Positions 55,401 to 63,905 are shown, counted from the first letter of the stretch. The stretch: DNA of 64,000 nucleotides from an uncultured archaeon (GCA_964549685.1 CAZJVE010000002.1:32001-96000); one strand, 5' to 3'. Numbers and translations: made by a program. The notes: generated by a model not told the origin, from the letters alone.

Positions 55401-57740
55401 CGGGGTCTGGAAATCGATTGTATTGTCCCCGGCGCTCAGGCTTGCTGATGCAGAGGAGGTACACGACAGGATAGAGGTCGTGGTCGAGGTTGTCGTGGAT
55501 GTGGTGGTTGTACTTGAGGTAGAGCTTGAGGAGGGGCAGTCCGCCTCGCAGTTGCCCGTGGTCTCGGCATTTGTAGCAGAGGAATCGCAGGTGCCGTCGC
55601 CGCAGTATTTCAGCTCATAGGTGAAGTCGAACAGCTCACCGCCGCCGTCTTCATATACATGGGCCGCAATGCTTATATCGCAGCCGGAAGAGCAGTACTC
55701 TTTACTGGTTATGTCGTTCCATGCATCGCTGTCCGCGCTGCCCGTGCACGTGGTGGCACAGCCCCCCACGTAATTCGTTCCGCTGCAGTTCCCGCCTTCG
55801 TAGAGATCCGGGCTGGAGGATTCGTCGTTGTTGGAATCAATCCAGAGCTTATAGCCGTCGTCGGATGCGACCCTGTAGCTCAGATTGGCCAACCGCCCCG
55901 GGACATTAATGGTCTTCCTGTAGAATTTATCGCAGTGGTCGCAGTTCTCGTCCCACTCGTCTTTCAGGTCCACGTCGCTCCAGCAGGAGTCGTCATAGTT
56001 GAGCTCGTACCAGTAGTCATAGCCGCCGTCCCTCATGACCTCGTTATCGGAATACTCGTCGCACTGGTCGTTGTCCGCGTCGTATCTCACCGCCTTCCAG
56101 CCGCACCTCGGGTCTGTGGGATTCGTCAAGCACCAGGACTTCGAGTTCGTGACGGTGCCTACGCACTCCCCGTTGCAGCTAGCCCACCTCGTGGAATCGT
56201 TAACCGCGCAGTCGCTTCCGTCTATGGTGCCATCATCATCACAGTCGGAATCCTCGGGGCACGGGTCGTTCATGTTGGAGAGGCCGTCGCTGTCCAGGTC
56301 CGTGGAGTACGAGGTGTCGGTGTTTATCATCTCGTGGTTAGAGGCGACGGCATAGTACTCAAAGCCGTTCTCCAGTGTGTAGGGGTAGGGGACCCCCACC
56401 CTGAGCCAGTATATTCCGTTCTCGCTGACCTGGTAATGGACGTGCTCCACGTTGTTCTTGGTGCTTCTCGAGGAGCTTATGAGGTTGTAATCGCCGTCGT
56501 AGAGGTAAAGATTAAAGTTGGTCAGGGATGCCGGGGTTCCTTTATAGCTCGAGACGTTGCGCCTCCAGACAAGCGTTGCCGTGATATTGGCGGGGGCGTC
56601 AGTCACGTAGACCTTATGGTACCTGTCGGTTGTGTCAGAGGCCAGTCTGGCATGCAGCTTGTAGCCTGACGGCTCCGTTGTCGCCCTGCTACTGTAGGTT
56701 GCGAGCGCCTCCACCGCGTCCACGAGCCCCGCCCCCTGCCACTGGTCCAGGGGGTCGGTGGTTGTATGCGACCAGCCACTCAGCTTCGTTGCAGAGTTCA
56801 TGATTGCGGCCTTCATAAGGACCGGGTCGTTCGTCTGGCTATTCGTCTCAGCCCAGCTGAAGAGAAGCGCTGCCACGCCCGAGACGTGGGGGGTGGCCTG
56901 GCTGGTGCCTGTCCTGGGCGCGATGCTGTCTTCGGTTTCCCAGTCATTGTTGGACGACCATATCTCCTTCCCCGGCGCCACAACATCGACCGTCGTTCTG
57001 CCGTCGTCCGTCTTGCCGTGGCCGCTCTCGTTGTCCGGAGAACAGCTATCAGCATCACTACAACTTAGCACTGAGCCCACGGTAATGGCGTTGTAGTTGT
57101 CCCCCGGCGCCTCGATGTGCGAGTCCGGATTGTGCGTCTGGTCCCAGTTGCCTGCAGCGGTGACGAAGATGGTATCTCTCCCATACGATATATAGTCCAC
57201 GAGTTGCGTCAGGTTAGAGCTGCCTGTCGTGCTCAGTTCGTCATAGTAGCGGCCCTGGCTCAGGCTGATTATCTCTGCGCTATTCGGGTAGTCTATGGCC
57301 CAGTTAATCCCGGCATAGAGGTAATCCCAGAGCCCAAATGCGGTTGAGGCCTGGACGTCTATTATCCCGGCGTAGGGTGCCACTCCCTTGTAGCTGCTGT
57401 CCTGGCTGACGATAATCCCTGCGACGTGGGTCCCGTGCCCCTCAATGTCCCCCTCGTGCCCGTCGGGGTCCGTGTTATTGTAGAAACTCCCCCAGTTGAG
57501 GACGGCGTTGATGTCGGGGTGGCTCCTGTCAATTCCTGTGTCGACGACCGCCACCGTGGTAACTAGTCCTCCGGACGTATTATCCTGGATTTCATCTGCT
57601 CTGATTAGGGATACTGACTCAATCAGACTTGTCTTGATTCCGCCTTCATCAGACACGTCGCCGGCATCTTCAACACCGACAACACCGCAGCTAAGAACCA
57701 ATATACTGACTGCAAGAATGAATAAAACACCCTGTTTCAT
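52434..57740 (-). CDS. Giant secreted S8 subtilase: protease, PPC-like, Cys-rich, PA14-like, CUB-like x2, beta-helix, cohesin, twin-Trp module and dockerin
   Basis: ATG at 57740 (the ORF-track start is TTG). Triad VVDTG / HGTHVAG / GTSQATPHVSG. Cohesin VSIDP...GDTFSVEI...L.FDP.VL. Terminal DLNGDAEVDYAD...DLNQDGCIDDYD. Confidence 0.9.
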   Translation of the reverse strand: MKQGVLFILAVSILVLSCGVVGVEDAGDVSDEGGIKTSLIESVSLIRADEIQDNTSGGLVTTVAVVDTGIDRSHPDINAVLNWGSFYNNTDPDGHEGDIEGHGTHVAGIIVSQDSSYKGVAPYAGIIDVQASTAFGLWDYLYAGINWAIDYPNSAEIISLSQGRYYDELSTTGSSNLTQLVDYISYGRDTIFVTAAGNWDQTHNPDSHIEAPGDNYNAITVGSVLSCSDADSCSPDNESGHGKTDDGRTTVDVVAPGKEIWSSNNDWETEDSIAPRTGTSQATPHVSGVAALLFSWAETNSQTNDPVLMKAAIMNSATKLSGWSHTTTDPLDQWQGAGLVDAVEALATYSSRATTEPSGYKLHARLASDTTDRYHKVYVTDAPANITATLVWRRNVSSYKGTPASLTNFNLYLYDGDYNLISSSRSTKNNVEHVHYQVSENGIYWLRVGVPYPYTLENGFEYYAVASNHEMINTDTSYSTDLDSDGLSNMNDPCPEDSDCDDDGTIDGSDCAVNDSTRWASCNGECVGTVTNSKSWCLTNPTDPRCGWKAVRYDADNDQCDEYSDNEVMRDGGYDYWYELNYDDSCWSDVDLKDEWDENCDHCDKFYRKTINVPGRLANLSYRVASDDGYKLWIDSNNDESSSPDLYEGGNCSGTNYVGGCATTCTGSADSDAWNDITSKEYCSSGCDISIAAHVYEDGGGELFDFTYELKYCGDGTCDSSATNAETTGNCEADCPSSSSTSSTTTTSTTTSTTTSILSCTSSASASLSAGDNTIDFQTPHTYPNNMDCSSNTYTCPSSYYGKVYVKHDIEYHSTCNYDKFYIINADTGTSTYWCGDSQGYVWREHPNTRSIQFRFTSDGSQTDWGIDVETINCYSTTSTSSTSTTSTITQTTSSSTSSTSTTTSTTSSTSTTSTVVTQCQCGSACLGSNGCTDNILADSCAGAASCNGEDDIEGITLTNVGSSCGVNAGDTVNVEVLVECYDSNDRVEIWYYNGTGWRVLLIDSQCDYPGTTGTYSTSFTVDDASSTQYVRAIIGWKWGGGSSCYTGTYGDDDDLAFSVVTSGTTTTSSSSTTSTSTSTSTSTSTSTSTSTSLTSTTTTVSTGNTCTSCADCTTKLDGTYSTVNLGADITDQDGSCITFGESGIIFDCQNYKIDGDGDTSGTGIYMHLRASNKIRNCIITDFDKGISFSSSSSNTIANNTISNNTNGIRFHDSMFNDVDSNRICGNTESDFKFSGTTSGNSGDENTCDNPSTWSDSGTAGCTYDCSVVTTSTSTTTSTSTSMSTTTSITNQTTTTSTSSTSTTSTILLDVSIDPSSVAAVAGDTFSVEINSSQLSDAYSVEIHLGFDPDVLNATSLTIGDFLTADSSTAYTDVGPTINNTQGTVQYLRVRSTDGISSSGTGIASAKFEAIGAGVSNITLDTVDIRTYNSGNPQLQTVRSSNAAVTVTGTTTTSTSTSSSTSTSSTSTSSTSTSINGTTTTSTTSTSTSTTTVLTTSTIASGCSMDSGGSFGLGQHSIAFETPHPYSNYLDCASYEYQCSSGSSMRAYMKAITESGYDYLYIKTGEGSSLDTIDGTWSGGDYNWTEYYETDDMKFVFDSDGSITVWGVNVSKIECAEEGATTTTTTSTSTTISGDCTLVGDSAPCGDVSLSEVIDLITLWSNDQANLADVIDLINAWSSGASSTTTSTTLTTTSIATGCVLCPDLNGDAEVDYADYLSMQISLDLCAGDPGYTSSHDLNQDGCIDDYDSDTCFSPYMGMDTADIPLCT

Positions 57741-57768
57741 TTTATTCAATTAAGGATTGGTTCCAGCA

Positions 57769-57783
57769 CTATAAATCCTTATT
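57769..57783 (-). promoter_or_regulatory. Putative archaeal BRE/TATA promoter (AATAAGGATTTATAG)
   Basis: About 30 nt upstream of ATG 57740. A near-identical motif sits at the same spacing upstream of the paralog. Confidence 0.6.
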
Positions 57784-57796
57784 GATTCGCTGCTGT

Positions 57797-60700
57797 CTAG
57801 CCCGAGGACCAGGCACTTATCAGGTCTATCACGTCCGCAAGGCTTGCGCCGTCCGCTGCCCACAGGCTTATCAGGTCGATTACTTCTGCCAGACCCACTT
57901 CGCCGCAGGGCGGGTCGTCTCCTACTAGGTCACAGCCCCCGGATATTGTGGTGCTGGTCGATGTCGTGCTTGTCGTCGTTCCTGCTATTGTCGTAGAGGT
58001 ACTCGTGCTGGTTGATGTCGTAGTAGTCGCGCTGCACGCATAGGTGCATCCGGTCGTCCCGTCGTCGCTCCAGTCTCCCGGAATATCGCATGTGTTCTCA
58101 TCGCCTGAGTTCCCTGAGTTGCTGCCCGAGAACGAGAAATCAGCCTCGGTGTTGGAACAGACGGTGTTGGAATTCACCGTGTTGTACATGGCGCTCGAGA
58201 AACGGATTCCCTCAACGTTATTTGATACGGTATTGTTAACAAGGGTGCTGAAAGACGTGGAGCTGAGCAATATCCCCTTGTCAAACCCGGTAATGACGCA
58301 GTTTCTTATGGTACTGTCCGATTTCAAATGCAAATAGATTCCCGTTCCATAATCGTCTCCGTCCCCGTCGATTGTATGGCCCTGGCAGTCGAACTCTATA
58401 TTGCCGTCGCTGAATGTGATGCAGTTCCCGTCCTTGTTCGATATGCTCGCAGTCAGCTGAACCGTGGAGTAGGTCCCGTCCAGCTTCGCGTTGCAGCCGG
58501 AGCATGAGCTGCAAGTATTCCCTGCTGACAATGTGGTGGTGGTCGATGTCGACGTAGTCGAGGTGGTCAATGTGCTGCTGGTTGACGTCGTTGTGCTGGT
58601 TGTTGTTGCGCCGGCGCAGGTATAGCTGCATCCCGTAACTCCTGTGTCGTTCCATCCAGCTACCGTGTCGCAGCTATTCTCGTCGCCGGAATTATCCGTG
58701 CCGTTGGCGAAGTAAAAATCCTCCTGCGTGTTGGAGCAGAAGCGGTTCGAACTTATGGTGTTGTTATCGGAGTTATAGATGCGGATTCCGTTTATGCCAT
58801 TGGACTGTGCGGTGTTTGCCGTAATTGTATTATTGTCGGCTGATGTCCCAACGAACATTCCCTGCCAGGTGTTCGAGTTCATGGTGTTGTTGGTTATCGT
58901 GTTGTAGCTGCCGCCGACATAAATCCCCCGGTATGTGTTGGAGTTTGCGGTGTTGTTGGCGATGGTATGGTAGTCGGACAGGAGAGACAGGTATATTCCG
59001 CCGTCGTTGTTTGATGCGTTGTTGTCCGTAATCGTGGCGCCGTCTGAATAGTATACATAAATCCCATTCCCGCTGTTTGAGGTTAGGGTGTTGTTCAAAA
59101 TGGTGTTGTTGTTCGAGCCATAGAGGTAGATGCCGTCTGAGAAACCAGTAATTATGCAGTTCCTCACGGTGTTGTTGTCTTTATAGAGCATGAATATTCC
59201 GTCATTTATGCCCGAACTGTCAATTGTATAGCCCTGGCAGTCGAACTCGACGTTGTCGGAATTGAAGGTGATGCATCTGCTGGGGTAATCTGTTATGTTC
59301 GTGGTCAGCTTAACCACAGTGTAGTTCCCGTCGAGCTTGTTGCTGCAATCCTCGCATGAGCTACAGGTCGTTTCCAACTGCCATGCGCTTGAGTTCAACG
59401 GATAATAATCTGCAGTATTATTCACTCCGTCCCCATCACAATCAGTGCAGTAGGTCAGGTCATAGTCCAGCATCGGCTTGTTGCTGGCGAGAGCATAGTA
59501 TTCGAAGCCGTTCTCCAAGGCACCGCCATAGACATCGACGTTGAGCCAGTATATCCCGTTCTCAGTGGCCTCATAGTAAACGTGCTCCACATTGTCCTTG
59601 TTGCTCGCGGACCAGTTGAGCATCTCGTTCATGTCTCCGTCATAAAGATAGAGGTCGAAGTCCGTCAAATCTGCAGGAGTAAGATTGTAGTTGGTAACAT
59701 TCCTCCTCCAGACAATGGTTGCCGTGATGTTCGTCGGGGCATCGTCCACATAGACTCGGGTATACCTGTCCGAGGCATTGTAGACAAGCCTTGAGTGCAG
59801 CAGGTAGCCCGTGGGGTCTGTCGACGGCCTGCTTATATAAGTCCTGTATGCATCAACGGCATTCAGAAGCCCGGCCCCCTGCGTCCTGTCCAGGGGCTCA
59901 AGGTGTGTATGGCTCCATCCCGACAGCTTCGTCGCAGAGTTCATGATTGCGGCCTTCATAAGGACCGGGTCATTCGTTTTCGAATTCAAATCTCCCCAGT
60001 GGAAGAGCATTGCAGCAACCCCCGACACATGGGGCGTTGCCTGGCTCGTTCCGCTCTTCGTGGTATAATCGTCTATCTCCTCAGGCCAATCGCTCCAGTT
60101 ATAGTTGCAGGACCATATGTCGTCCCCGGGCGCCAGGACGTCTATCTTCGTCCTGCCGTCATCCGTTACATTCCTTCCGCTGTCACTGTCCAGGGCCAGG
60201 CCCTTTGTCACCGAACCCACCGTGATTCCGTTATAGTTGTCCCCCGGAGCCTCGATGTGCGAATCTGGATTGTTCGTCGAGTCCCTGTTGCCTGCGCAGA
60301 CTATGAACGGAGTATTCCTCTGATATGCGATGTAATCCACGAATTTTGTAAGCTCAAAATTGCCTGTCGTGCTGACCTCGACATAGGACCGTGCCTGGCT
60401 CATGCTTATTATGTTCGCGCCGTTGTCTATGGCCCAGTTCACTCCCGCATAGAGGTATTTCACTGCGTCATCCAGCTCCGTTATCGAGGCCTTCACGTTT
60501 ATTATGTCTGCATTCGGAGCCACCCCTGGGTAAAGGTCGTCCTGGCTCGCGATAATGCACGCGACATGCGTTCCGTGTCCCTGAATATCCTCGGTGCTCC
60601 CGTCGGGGTCCGCATCGGTATAGAAGTTCCCTCCATTAACAAGATTATTATCGATAGCGGGGTGCGTGCTGTTGACTCCCGTATCTACGACAGCGACCGT

Positions 60701-60877
60701 AGCCAGAGAAGCCCCCGATACGTTGCTCGTAATCTCATCGGCCCTGATAAGCCCCACGGAATTATCCAGGGCGGTCTTGATTCCTCCCCTGGACGCATCG
60801 TTGGAGTTCTCGGCACTGAAAGCACCGTAGCTCAGGACTATCAAACAAACCAGAACAAATAAGTTCCTGTTTTTCAT
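57797..60877 (-). CDS. Secreted S8 subtilase paralog with two beta-helix modules and twin-Trp C-terminal module
   Basis: ATG at 60877. Triad VVDTG / HGTHVAC / GTSQATPHVSG. Protease domain closely similar to 52434..57740. Confidence 0.92.
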   Translation of the reverse strand: MKNRNLFVLVCLIVLSYGAFSAENSNDASRGGIKTALDNSVGLIRADEITSNVSGASLATVAVVDTGVNSTHPAIDNNLVNGGNFYTDADPDGSTEDIQGHGTHVACIIASQDDLYPGVAPNADIINVKASITELDDAVKYLYAGVNWAIDNGANIISMSQARSYVEVSTTGNFELTKFVDYIAYQRNTPFIVCAGNRDSTNNPDSHIEAPGDNYNGITVGSVTKGLALDSDSGRNVTDDGRTKIDVLAPGDDIWSCNYNWSDWPEEIDDYTTKSGTSQATPHVSGVAAMLFHWGDLNSKTNDPVLMKAAIMNSATKLSGWSHTHLEPLDRTQGAGLLNAVDAYRTYISRPSTDPTGYLLHSRLVYNASDRYTRVYVDDAPTNITATIVWRRNVTNYNLTPADLTDFDLYLYDGDMNEMLNWSASNKDNVEHVYYEATENGIYWLNVDVYGGALENGFEYYALASNKPMLDYDLTYCTDCDGDGVNNTADYYPLNSSAWQLETTCSSCEDCSNKLDGNYTVVKLTTNITDYPSRCITFNSDNVEFDCQGYTIDSSGINDGIFMLYKDNNTVRNCIITGFSDGIYLYGSNNNTILNNTLTSNSGNGIYVYYSDGATITDNNASNNDGGIYLSLLSDYHTIANNTANSNTYRGIYVGGSYNTITNNTMNSNTWQGMFVGTSADNNTITANTAQSNGINGIRIYNSDNNTISSNRFCSNTQEDFYFANGTDNSGDENSCDTVAGWNDTGVTGCSYTCAGATTTSTTTSTSSTLTTSTTSTSTTTTLSAGNTCSSCSGCNAKLDGTYSTVQLTASISNKDGNCITFSDGNIEFDCQGHTIDGDGDDYGTGIYLHLKSDSTIRNCVITGFDKGILLSSTSFSTLVNNTVSNNVEGIRFSSAMYNTVNSNTVCSNTEADFSFSGSNSGNSGDENTCDIPGDWSDDGTTGCTYACSATTTTSTSTSTSTTIAGTTTSTTSTSTTISGGCDLVGDDPPCGEVGLAEVIDLISLWAADGASLADVIDLISAWSSG

Positions 60878-60905
60878 CTTAATCAATTAAGAATTAATCA
60901 CGGGG

Positions 60906-60920
60906 CTATAAATTCTTATT
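60906..60920 (-). promoter_or_regulatory. Putative archaeal BRE/TATA promoter (AATAAGAATTTATAG), overlapping the upstream stop codon
   Basis: About 29 nt upstream of ATG 60877. Matches the motif at 57769..57783. Confidence 0.6.
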
Positions 60921-63537
60921 GGTTCGCCCAGTTATCGATGGCATCGATTACGTCAGCCAATTCGGCCTCCTCGTTCTGCCAGAGGTTTATGATATCTATG
61001 ACCTCTGCCAGGCTCACCTCCCCATCGCAGTCAGAATCGCCCGTTAGACACACTATCGTCGTGCTCGTGGACGTGGTGCTGGTCGAGGTGGTCGTGGTTA
61101 GCACTGTCATGCTCAGGTCCCATTCTACTGGTATGAAGTTCTGCTTCGTTACTGTGAGGTTCATGGAGTCGTTGCCGGCGACGGTTACCTGAAGCGCCGC
61201 ATCGCCCGAGGAATTGGTGTAGGCATTGGCGTATGAGCCCGAGTTCTGCAGGCAGACCCTCGCATCCTCGACAGGGCCGGCTGAACCGTTAACGGAAACC
61301 ACTATTGAATTCTCCCCCAGATAAATCTCGCTGGGGAATTCCACGGTGAAATTCTCCGGGACCGAGGTCCATATCGGAACCTCAGGGTCTCCCAGGAGGT
61401 TGTAGTCCGCAAAGTTCTTCTTCGAGGCATCTCCGCCGCCCCATCCCTCATCCGTTGGCCACTGGTTGACGTAATACCATCTCTTCATGTCCGCCAGCGT
61501 CTTCCCCGGCTGATGGCTTCCGTTGATGAACTGCTCGAAGAACCTGTAAACCAGCTCCTGGTTGAAGCCGTCGCCAAGGACCCATCCCTGCGTGTAGTAG
61601 CTGGTCCTTGTGGCCCCCACATAGCCGATGGCCCAGTTCTTCAGCACCTCGTTGCCGAGAGAGCCTGTCTGGTCGAATGCCCCGGTTAAACAGGAATCTG
61701 CATAGACAAGCGGCAGCATCCCGCCGTTTGCAGGGTCCGTCCCGGTATCTACAAAGGCGTCGCATGTCTGGCACGGTACCGACACGGTATATAGCCCGTG
61801 GCCTGACCAGGTTACAAGGGAATTCCCATAGCCTGCATAGGTCTCAAAATTGGAATATGTGAGTGCAGCATCCCTGTCGTACGTGCTGGAATGATACAGT
61901 CTGTAATTCGAGAAATTCCCCGGTTCCAGTAAATCAGCCCTGACCAGCTCCATCAGATAGGCATCGTCAGTGGTGTCGTCGGATACCCCTCCCGCAAGAA
62001 CCGCCCTCGAGAACCACTCGCTGCTGTTCGTGGGCGGTGATTTCTCATAGCTGATTATGGCACTGACAAGGCTCTCAATCTCCGTTGCTGTTGATACCGG
62101 CAGCCTCCCGACGTAGACGTCGGGAATCCAGTCCGTTACCTCGTCCCCGACCCCGGTGTGTTCATTCTCTCCATAGTTGGAGTCCCAGTCGCTATTCCAG
62201 TCCCCGCCAAGGCAGCTATAGTAGTAGTCGGTCGGCACACTATCCTCGTCGCCTTCATACCAGTCCCTGCTCACTCTCAACGAGGGGACCTGGCTGTCCG
62301 AGCCTGCAAGAAGAACCCATTCCGCCCCCTCGCTGTATCTGTCGATGATGAAATCCCTAATCATCTTCTGCGGTGGATTCTCATGGGAATTCAAATCCAT
62401 TGCACTGAAGCCGGAAACGGTCCAGTTGGTGGTTGAATTCCCCTCCGCCAGGAAGAGAACTTCCTGGTCCGTAACTACAGAAACATTGTCCAGCCACCAG
62501 CCGCCGAAGCTGACGTAGGTGTCGGTAACATAGTAGAACCTAAGGTAGATTTCCTCCCCGGCGTAGCTGTCCATGTTTATAGTATCCTGCACCCAGGAGC
62601 TGTTCCCGGTATAGGCATAGGCGCCCTCCGTCCCTACATAGGCCTCCGGCTCCCGGTAGTCGGTCATCTGCCCGCCCTGCAGTTGGGTCCAGTTTTCTCC
62701 ATTGCTTGAGACCTCGATGTAGCCAAAGTCCCAGCCCTTCTCGACCTTGAATTTTGTCATGAGCGTCAGCTTCGCAGTGGTTGCATTGCTCAGGTTCAGT
62801 GTTCTCTGCATATAGTTGCTCTGGTCGTTGCCTGTCCCAGAATGGAAAACATAGTTCTCGGTTCCGTTGTAGCTCTGATAAATCCACTGCACGGTATATA
62901 TCTCTGCTGGAACGCCCTTCTTCGTCTTCCATTCCTTCAATGGCTCCAGGGAAGAGTTCAAAGAGGAGTCGGTTATTATCAGATACTTCGTTGCGTTGGA
63001 GACAGTAAGTGTGCCCACCTTTCTCTTCTTCGGGAGTTCGTATTCAAGGCGTAGCGAGACCCTCCTATGGAAGAGCAGGCTGCCACCACTATATTGCAGC
63101 GGGAAGATTGAGACCGATACCAGCTTGTGGTCCTTAAAACCATCGATAATCCAGAAGGAATAGACGTCTTCTGGGAACAGAAGGGACTGACCACCTGCCG
63201 TTTTAAGCGCCGGGGGATTCCCCCCTGTAGTCATGATTACGGGCTGCTTCGACAGGACAAGGCCATCGACCTCGCCGAGGGATTCCGTTTCTGTGTCCTC
63301 CAGAATTACCTGAATATTCATAGCATCCCGGGGAATTTCCACGAACTCTCTCTTCATGGGTAGCCTTGGTTCATTGGGAATGGCTGTAAAATCAAGGCCC
63401 GGAATCTCATACTGGATTCCCTCATCGCTCTGGAATGCCGTCGGCTCCTGGAACTCAAAATCCAGATGCGTGCTCTCGGCCGAGACCGAGGCCGAAAGAA
63501 GGAAAAGCAACAGCAGCGCTCCAAACCTGTTCGACAT
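60916..63537 (-). CDS. Secreted gingipain-like C25 cysteine peptidase with propeptide, inserted jelly-roll domain, Ig domain and twin-Trp C-terminal module
   Basis: ATG at 63537. EP.LP propeptide, YLIIT, WKTKKG, TDYYY, VGRLP, catalytic SGHG and DSC, NLLGDP. Confidence 0.92.
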   Translation of the reverse strand: MSNRFGALLLLFLLSASVSAESTHLDFEFQEPTAFQSDEGIQYEIPGLDFTAIPNEPRLPMKREFVEIPRDAMNIQVILEDTETESLGEVDGLVLSKQPVIMTTGGNPPALKTAGGQSLLFPEDVYSFWIIDGFKDHKLVSVSIFPLQYSGGSLLFHRRVSLRLEYELPKKRKVGTLTVSNATKYLIITDSSLNSSLEPLKEWKTKKGVPAEIYTVQWIYQSYNGTENYVFHSGTGNDQSNYMQRTLNLSNATTAKLTLMTKFKVEKGWDFGYIEVSSNGENWTQLQGGQMTDYREPEAYVGTEGAYAYTGNSSWVQDTINMDSYAGEEIYLRFYYVTDTYVSFGGWWLDNVSVVTDQEVLFLAEGNSTTNWTVSGFSAMDLNSHENPPQKMIRDFIIDRYSEGAEWVLLAGSDSQVPSLRVSRDWYEGDEDSVPTDYYYSCLGGDWNSDWDSNYGENEHTGVGDEVTDWIPDVYVGRLPVSTATEIESLVSAIISYEKSPPTNSSEWFSRAVLAGGVSDDTTDDAYLMELVRADLLEPGNFSNYRLYHSSTYDRDAALTYSNFETYAGYGNSLVTWSGHGLYTVSVPCQTCDAFVDTGTDPANGGMLPLVYADSCLTGAFDQTGSLGNEVLKNWAIGYVGATRTSYYTQGWVLGDGFNQELVYRFFEQFINGSHQPGKTLADMKRWYYVNQWPTDEGWGGGDASKKNFADYNLLGDPEVPIWTSVPENFTVEFPSEIYLGENSIVVSVNGSAGPVEDARVCLQNSGSYANAYTNSSGDAALQVTVAGNDSMNLTVTKQNFIPVEWDLSMTVLTTTTSTSTTSTSTTIVCLTGDSDCDGEVSLAEVIDIINLWQNEEAELADVIDAIDNWANQ

Positions 63538-63603
63538 AATCTCTATTTGCCTGCCAATATTTAAATACACAGAACTATCTTTTAATATAGCAAGATGCCT
63601 GCA

Positions 63604-63756
63604 ATGAAAAAGAGAGAGTACGGCGGCCCCGCGGGAGGGGCAGGACTAATCCGCTACTTCGACGTCGACGAAGGCGGCCCCAAGCTCGATCCGAAGTTCG
63701 TGCTCGGAATAGTCATAGCCGTAATCCTTCTTGAGATTCTTACGAACATGTTTTGA
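63604..63756 (+). CDS. secG: Preprotein translocase subunit Sec61beta
   Basis: Manual translation MKKREYGGPAGGAGLIRYFDVDEGGPKLDPKFVLGIVIAVILLEILTNMF with the AGLIRYF..E...K.DP signature. Below the ORF-track size cutoff. Confidence 0.92.
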   Translation: MKKREYGGPAGGAGLIRYFDVDEGGPKLDPKFVLGIVIAVILLEILTNMF

Positions 63757-63770
63757 TTGAACCGCAAAAT

Positions 63771-63905
63771 GTGGCTGAATGCTTCGCATTCAGACACGCG
63801 CCCGACAAAGTCGGCCGCGTCGGTTCACGCTTTGTGCGACATACGCTAATTGCGACGTCGCCTTCCTCCGTCGCAATTTTTCAAAATTCGCTTCGCGAAT
63901 TTTCA
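63771..63905. repeat. Cluster of four inverted repeats (REP/MITE-like or terminator region)
   Basis: ctgaatgc-ttc-gcattcag, ccgac-aaa-gtcgg, aattgcgacg...cgtcgcaatt, aaaattcgc-ttc-gcgaatttt. Confidence 0.7.

Noticed and set aside
52657-60862. Val-rich and other long plus-strand ORFs opposite the subtilases (e.g. 55659..56669, 59795..60862)
   Set aside because: Antisense shadows of Thr-rich linkers and GC3-biased coding, with no motifs.
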